From the NCBI GenBank assembly GCA_039028615.1, contig JBCCHT010000047.1, positions 1 through 64,000 of the forward strand: DNA of 64,000 bases, in the 5' to 3' direction. Positions within the stretch are counted from its first letter, which is position 1, and every line of letters begins with the position of its first letter. The stretch comes from Myxococcota bacterium. GTDB lineage: Bacteria; Myxococcota_A; Polyangia; Nannocystales; Nannocystaceae. Made by a program: the position numbers and the translations under genes. The notes beneath the pieces were generated by a model. That model was not told where the DNA came from. It worked only from the letters and a program-made list of their open reading frames with translations, and made no database searches. This document shows positions 57,597 through 64,000 of this stretch, piece after piece.

Positions 57597-60149
57597 TCAG
57601 GTCGACGAGCCCGAGTCCGACGAATCGTCGTCGGTCGACGGGGGCGGAGGCGGAGGCGAGGTGCGAGACGGGGGCACCGAGGGCGGCGTGGCGACCCCGG
57701 GAGTGGCTTGCGGGGCGGCGGTCACCGCTCGCGTGGCGGGGCGCTTGGGCGCGTCGGACTCCGCCGAGTCGGTGGGCGTGGGCTGTGTGTCGCCGCGCAA
57801 CGGCGGAGTGGTGCTGCTGCCCGGGCCGACGGGAGGCGGGGGCGGAACGGCGGCGCCGTCGGAGGTCTTGGGAGGAGGCGGAACCGCTGGCGCGTCGGTC
57901 CCCTTCGACGAAGGCACGGGCGGCGGCGACGTCTTGCCGTTGCCCACGGGCGGGGCGATGGGCGGTGGCGTCGGCCGAGAACCGTTCGGCGTGCCCACGA
58001 CCGGCGGTCGGGTGCTCTTGGGCGGCGGAGGAGGCTCGGCCGCCGCCGCGGCCGGAGCGGGAGGGGGCGTGACCGCGGGGGCTGGGTTGGCGCTGGCGGC
58101 CGCGGAATCCTGGGGCGGCGTGGGTACGGGACCCGATGCCGTGTTGCCCGTGCGGACCGGGATCGGCCCGGAGCCGTCGCCGTCGGGCACGGGAGCCGCG
58201 GGCGCGGGACCCGAGCTGGCCTTGGCCGGCGGCGGGGCCACGGGCATCGGCCCCGACCCCGCGGCGGGCGACGGCGGCATGGGACTCGGCGCGGTGCCTC
58301 CGGGCGGCGGTGCGGTGGAGATCGGAGCGGAGCCGGTCGGTGCTACCGCCTCGGGGGCTGGCGTGGGCACGCCCGGCGCCGACGGAGTGGGCAGCTGGGG
58401 AATGGTGGCGTGGCGTCGAGAACGACGCGAGCCCTTGGCTTCGGGAGCGGGCTCGGGGGGCACCACCGGTACGGGCATCGTGTTGCCGCGCAGCGGGGTG
58501 GGATCGGTGGGCCCGGGCGGAGGACCGACGACGGTGCCGCCCGACTCGGGGGCGGTGGGCGCAGGCGCGATCGCGGTCTGGGTGGTGATCGCACCGCTGA
58601 GCGAGGCCCCTTCGCGTGGCCGAGCGGCGTCGGGCTCGGGCTCGGGCTCGGACTCCGACGGCGCCACGTTGCTCGTGGTGGTGCTGATCAGCGTGCGCCG
58701 AGGATCGATCGCGGGCTGCTGGGGCGCGGAGGCGGGCGCCGTCGACGGCGGCGTGAACGAGGGCATGCTCGTAGAGATCAGCGTGCGCCGGTTCTCGAGG
58801 CTGTTTTCGTCGTCCTCGTCCTCGTCGTCGGGGTCGAGCAGCGAGTCGAGCATGCCCGAGTTGCGTGCCGCCACCTCGGCCAGATCGGTCAAGTCGGTAA
58901 GGTCGGGGACCTGCGGCGGCGCGGTGCGAGCGGTGGCGAGGTCGGCCGTGGTCTGGCGCAGGCGGTCGGCCAGCACGCGTACGAAGCTCCACAGCAGCTT
59001 GACCGCCAGCGCGGGCTCGCGCCGCAGCACGTTGTAGAAGTCGTCGCGCTGGATCGACAGCAGCTTGCCGGGCTCGGTGACGATGGCGGTGGCCGATCGT
59101 GCCTCGGAGTCGATGAGCGACATCTCGCCCAGGTGGGCTCCGCCGCCGACTTCGGCGACCGCGACCCCTTCGCGATAAAGCTCCACGCGGCCCCGCAGCA
59201 GCACGAGCAGCTCCTGGCCGGGCTCGCCTTCCTCGAAGAGCCGGTCGTCTTCCTCGATGACGCTCTGCTTGGACAGGTTGATGACGCGGACGAGCTGCTG
59301 GTAGCTCAGCTCTCGGAACAGCGGGACCGTCTTGAGGATGTCGAGGGTGAAGTTGAGCTCGGCCGCTCGATCCTGGTCGTTGTCGTCGCCCGCGACCTGC
59401 ACCACCACCGCGGTGATGTTGTCCTTGCCGCCGCGCTTGTTGGCGGAGTCGATGAGCATGCCGGGGACTTCGCGGAGCTCGGGCAAGCCGATGGTGTTCG
59501 CGATGTCGTCGTCGCTCAGGTACTCGTAGAGCCCGTCGCTGCACAGCATGAACGAGTCGCCGGGGATGACGTCGAAGTCGAGGGTGTCGACCTCGACGCT
59601 CTCGTAGACCCCGACCGCCCGGGTCATGGCGTTCTTGAGGTTGGCGTAGGGGCTGGTCTCGAACTCTTCGGCGGTGATCTTGCCCATGCGGATCAGCTCG
59701 TTGCGGAGGCTGTGATCCTCGGTGAGCTGATAGACGATGCCGCCGCGCAGCAGGTAGATGCGACTGTCGCCGACGTAGGCGATGAACCCGCGATCGCCGA
59801 TGAAGAGCAGGGCGACCAGGGTGGTGCCCATGCCCCGCTTTTCGGGCTCGCGACGCGCCTTGTGGAAGATCTGCGCGCACGCGTGGTGCACCGCGTACTC
59901 GAGCAGCGTGCAGACCTCGACGTGCGACTTGGGATCGTCGTCGTCGTAGGTGTCGAAGATGTCCCGCTCGCGGTTGATGACGTCGCGGATCTCGTGGACC
60001 GCCATCGCGCTGGCGACCTCGCCCGAGGCGTGCCCGCCCATGCCATCGGCCACGATGAAGAGCTTGAGGCGCTTGTCGATGAGGAAGTTGTCCTCGTTAT
60101 CGCTGCGCTTGCGGCCGACGTCGGTGCCGGCCCAGTAGTTGATCTCCAT
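57597..60149 (-). CDS. PP2C (PPM) protein phosphatase fused to a cyclic-nucleotide-binding domain and a long Pro-rich tail
   Basis: TDVGRKRSDNED, VADGMGGH, GDSR, LCSDGL, GGKDNIT; cNMP motif GEMSLIDSEARSAT. Confidence 0.93.
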   Translation of the reverse strand: MEINYWAGTDVGRKRSDNEDNFLIDKRLKLFIVADGMGGHASGEVASAMAVHEIRDVINRERDIFDTYDDDDPKSHVEVCTLLEYAVHHACAQIFHKARREPEKRGMGTTLVALLFIGDRGFIAYVGDSRIYLLRGGIVYQLTEDHSLRNELIRMGKITAEEFETSPYANLKNAMTRAVGVYESVEVDTLDFDVIPGDSFMLCSDGLYEYLSDDDIANTIGLPELREVPGMLIDSANKRGGKDNITAVVVQVAGDDNDQDRAAELNFTLDILKTVPLFRELSYQQLVRVINLSKQSVIEEDDRLFEEGEPGQELLVLLRGRVELYREGVAVAEVGGGAHLGEMSLIDSEARSATAIVTEPGKLLSIQRDDFYNVLRREPALAVKLLWSFVRVLADRLRQTTADLATARTAPPQVPDLTDLTDLAEVAARNSGMLDSLLDPDDEDEDDENSLENRRTLISTSMPSFTPPSTAPASAPQQPAIDPRRTLISTTTSNVAPSESEPEPEPDAARPREGASLSGAITTQTAIAPAPTAPESGGTVVGPPPGPTDPTPLRGNTMPVPVVPPEPAPEAKGSRRSRRHATIPQLPTPSAPGVPTPAPEAVAPTGSAPISTAPPPGGTAPSPMPPSPAAGSGPMPVAPPPAKASSGPAPAAPVPDGDGSGPIPVRTGNTASGPVPTPPQDSAAASANPAPAVTPPPAPAAAAAEPPPPPKSTRPPVVGTPNGSRPTPPPIAPPVGNGKTSPPPVPSSKGTDAPAVPPPPKTSDGAAVPPPPPVGPGSSTTPPLRGDTQPTPTDSAESDAPKRPATRAVTAAPQATPGVATPPSVPPSRTSPPPPPPSTDDDSSDSGSST

Positions 60150-60372
60150 GCGCGGGGGAGGAAGGGGCGAGGGGAAGCGGAGGTCTTGGTTGGGGCGTGC
60201 TGGCGATGCCAGCCGGTGGTGGCCCCGTGGTGGTGCCTGGCGGGAGGCAGGCGCCTAGAGAATAGAGTGTTTTTCCGCGCAGCGCAGCGCGGGCCGCTCA
60301 CCAGGACGCCAGGGCCGGATCCGGCCTCTCAGTGGCAGTCCGCACCCCTTCTCGAGGCACCAGCAGCGGTCT

Positions 60373-61545
60373 TTACAGGTCGTCGACGGCGATGAACAGC
60401 GAACGCAGAGGACGGGTCGCCGCGTCGAGCCGAGGAAGGGTCACCCGCAGGTTGCCCAGCTCGGCGCGCGAGCGCGGCAGGCCATCGAGCCACGAGCCAT
60501 CGGGGAGGTCGAGGTCGACGGGGTCGGGATCGTCCTTGCATTCTTCGACAGGGACGGCATCGAGGTCGGCCAGGAGGCTCTCGTCGAGGGGATTGTCCTC
60601 GCCGCGCAGGGCCGGGTCGCGCCCCAGATACTCGACATAGGCGTTGCCCAGCCCGAGCTCGCGCGCGGCACAGAGCCGGTGCCGAAGGGTCTCGGCGGCC
60701 GAGGAGACCCCGCGGGCCACGACGTGCACGGCGAGCGTACCGGGCTGGAGCCGTCGCTGCGCGAGGCTGGGAGGCAAGGCGACGAACAACGTGGGGTCGG
60801 TCTCGTCGCGGGCCATCAGCACCATGCGATGGGGCAGGCCGGGGCCACCGAGCAGCAGCCCCTTCAGCGGTGGCCGTTGCATGCGCTCGCTGGTGGTCTG
60901 CACCGCGGGGGTGGAGGGAGATCGCGGCGGATCTTCACGCAGGCGACGGCGCATGCCGGCCCGACCGATTTCGGGGCGTAGGCGATCGAGCGCGGGGCCG
61001 TCGTCGAAGAGCAGGCCGTCCAACGCGAACGCGGGGAGCCGCAGCACGGAGCCGCCCTCGGGGGCGCGCAGCTCGTTGAGCCGCTCGGTCTGCTCGATGA
61101 CCGCCTGGCGTGCACAACGATCGTCGAGCGCGGCCTTCAGGACGTCGGCCGAGACGCGGAGTTCCTTGGCCAGCGCCTCGTGGGAATCGGGGTCGACCAA
61201 TCGTGCGTGCAGCCGCTCGAGCCCGTCGCGCGCGACCACTCGCAGGGCGGAGGTCGTGTGCCCGCGGGCGGCGAGCGACGTGACGAAGGCTCGCACGCGC
61301 AGCGCCATGGGACTGGTGATGCCGCCTCGGCCGACCCAGTGCACCTGCAAGGCGAGCTCGCCCGCATGCTCGGCCACCAGGCGGCGCAGCTCCATCCATG
61401 CCCGTGCCGTTTGAGACGACGCGGGGTCGAGGAAGACCTCGACCGTGGACGTCGCCGAGGCCGCGCCGACTCGCTGACCCTCGGCGGGGATCTCGACACA
61501 CGCGGGCGGCGAGGCGAGAGCGAGCAAAAAAGGCAGGGCGATCAT
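60373..61545 (-). CDS. Exported DsbA/thioredoxin-fold-like protein lacking CXXC
   Basis: Signal MIALPFLLALAS; GAASATSTVEVFLDPASSQTARAW and LPAFALDG parallel the DsbA G..A.VT..EF.D..CP.C and TPTF..NG motifs. Confidence 0.55.
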   Translation of the reverse strand: MIALPFLLALASPPACVEIPAEGQRVGAASATSTVEVFLDPASSQTARAWMELRRLVAEHAGELALQVHWVGRGGITSPMALRVRAFVTSLAARGHTTSALRVVARDGLERLHARLVDPDSHEALAKELRVSADVLKAALDDRCARQAVIEQTERLNELRAPEGGSVLRLPAFALDGLLFDDGPALDRLRPEIGRAGMRRRLREDPPRSPSTPAVQTTSERMQRPPLKGLLLGGPGLPHRMVLMARDETDPTLFVALPPSLAQRRLQPGTLAVHVVARGVSSAAETLRHRLCAARELGLGNAYVEYLGRDPALRGEDNPLDESLLADLDAVPVEECKDDPDPVDLDLPDGSWLDGLPRSRAELGNLRVTLPRLDAATRPLRSLFIAVDDL

Positions 61546-61818
61546 CGGGAGGAACAGCTTGACCCGCTCCGGCCTCGGGAGCAAGAGCCGCGGCGGTTCG
61601 TGTTGATCCAGCCGCCTTCCGTTTCGTTGCGTCTCGCTCAGATCGACCGTGCGATGGGGAGCCGAAATCGATGAGAACCATGATCGATTCATGCCGCGTC
61701 GTTCGGTGACGGCGGAAGCAATCGTGTCACGTCGATTCGAAGCCTCGAAGTGCACGCGAAGAGCTCACCTTCCCGTCACCCACGGGTGCACGAACGGGGG
61801 TAGCCTTTGCGCATCGAC

Positions 61819-63138
<1,320 letters not shown>

Positions 63139-63162
63139 GCCGAGCGCCCAGGGGCTCGCGGG

Positions 63163-63918
63163 TCACTCGAGACGAGTGAGCACCTCGGCTCCGTCGGCGG
63201 TCACCGCCACCGTGTGCTCGAACTGAGCGGTGGGCGAGCCGTCGGCGGTCACCACGGTCCAGCCGTCGTCGAGAAACTCGATGCGCGGCTGGCCGAGCGT
63301 GATCATCGGCTCGATGGTGAAGGTCATGCCCGGGCGGAGTCTCGGGCCGCGCCCGGCCGGGCCGTGATGATCGACGTGCGGAGGCATGTGCATCGATCGT
63401 CCGATTCCGTGTCCGCCGAGCTGCCGGACCACGCCGCAGCCCTCGCGTCGGGCCAGCGCTTCGATGGCCGCGCCCACGTCTCCCAGGCGCCCGCCTGGGC
63501 GCACGGCGGCGATGCCCGCGGCCAAGCCTCGCTGGGCGACGTCGACCACGTGCAGAGCGTCGGGGGAGGGTTCACCCACGCAGACGGTGATCGACGTATC
63601 GCCGTGGAAGCCCTCGAACTCGGAGGTGACGTCGACATTGATGATGTCGCCGTCGTCGATGGTCTCGTCGGGGCTGGGGATCCCGTGGCAGACCACGTGG
63701 TTGCGGCTGGTGCAGACCGCGGCGGGGAAGCCCTTGTAGCCGAGCTGACTGGGGCGAGCGCCGCGGGCGGCCGTGTCACTGCGGACCCAAGCATCGACCT
63801 GCGCGGTGCAGATGCCGGGGCGGATGCGAGCCGTCACCGCGCGTAGGGTCTGGGCCGCGACTCGTCCCGCGCGGCGCATGGCGGCCATCTCGGCCGGGCC
63901 GTGGATCACGATTGCCAT
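63163..63918 (-). CDS. map: Type I methionine aminopeptidase
   Basis: VCHGIP, DIINVDVT, FHGDTS, GHGIG, FTIEPM, AQFEHT. Confidence 0.95.
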   Translation of the reverse strand: MAIVIHGPAEMAAMRRAGRVAAQTLRAVTARIRPGICTAQVDAWVRSDTAARGARPSQLGYKGFPAAVCTSRNHVVCHGIPSPDETIDDGDIINVDVTSEFEGFHGDTSITVCVGEPSPDALHVVDVAQRGLAAGIAAVRPGGRLGDVGAAIEALARREGCGVVRQLGGHGIGRSMHMPPHVDHHGPAGRGPRLRPGMTFTIEPMITLGQPRIEFLDDGWTVVTADGSPTAQFEHTVAVTADGAEVLTRLE

Positions 63919-64000
63919 CGCGCCCCAGCCTGAGCCGCAGGCGCGCGCCCGGTCCAATACCGATTGAGCATCACCCGGGCGCGCCGGACGTGGTACTGCT

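Noticed and set aside
54775..59037. 1420-aa plus-strand ORF, and similar long ORFs such as 42173..45652 (-), 2332..4392 (+), 57561..60395 (+) and 35696..37837 (-)
   Set aside because: They are antisense shadows of motif-bearing genes on the other strand; stop codons are rare in these frames in high-GC DNA, and the translations carry no recognisable motifs.

Overview
High-GC bacterial DNA whose gene content (RomR, an MglA-family GTPase, PilR with type IVa pilins, three Hanks-type Ser/Thr kinases, many Ser/Thr/Asp-linker lipoproteins) points to a myxobacterium, probably Nannocystaceae-like (inferred). About 53 coding regions are supported. Core blocks are gcvT-gcvH, gpsA-kinase-X-hemW-hrcA-grpE-dnaK-dnaJ, an mglA-like GTPase with a histidine kinase, pilR with two pilins, romR, cdd, pfk and map. 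The most striking element is a compact two-gene RiPP cassette at 17167-18844. It encodes a 56-aa precursor with a double-glycine leader and a 22-aa core (RNAGVLGIGCGGPDECLAHHRH, with a C-X3-D motif), then a UUCG-capped stem-loop, then an RRE/radical SAM/SPASM maturase. No transporter or leader peptidase gene lies nearby. Other notable items: an apparently catalytically degenerate Thg1-like protein coupled to hemW in the heat-shock cluster, a frameshifted kynureninase-like gene, two sigma54 promoters, a GGA-repeat leader on the putative major pilin, and a CXXC-less DsbA-like protein. No rRNA, tRNA, CRISPR array or transposase was recognised. All family calls come from reading motifs by eye, not from database searches.
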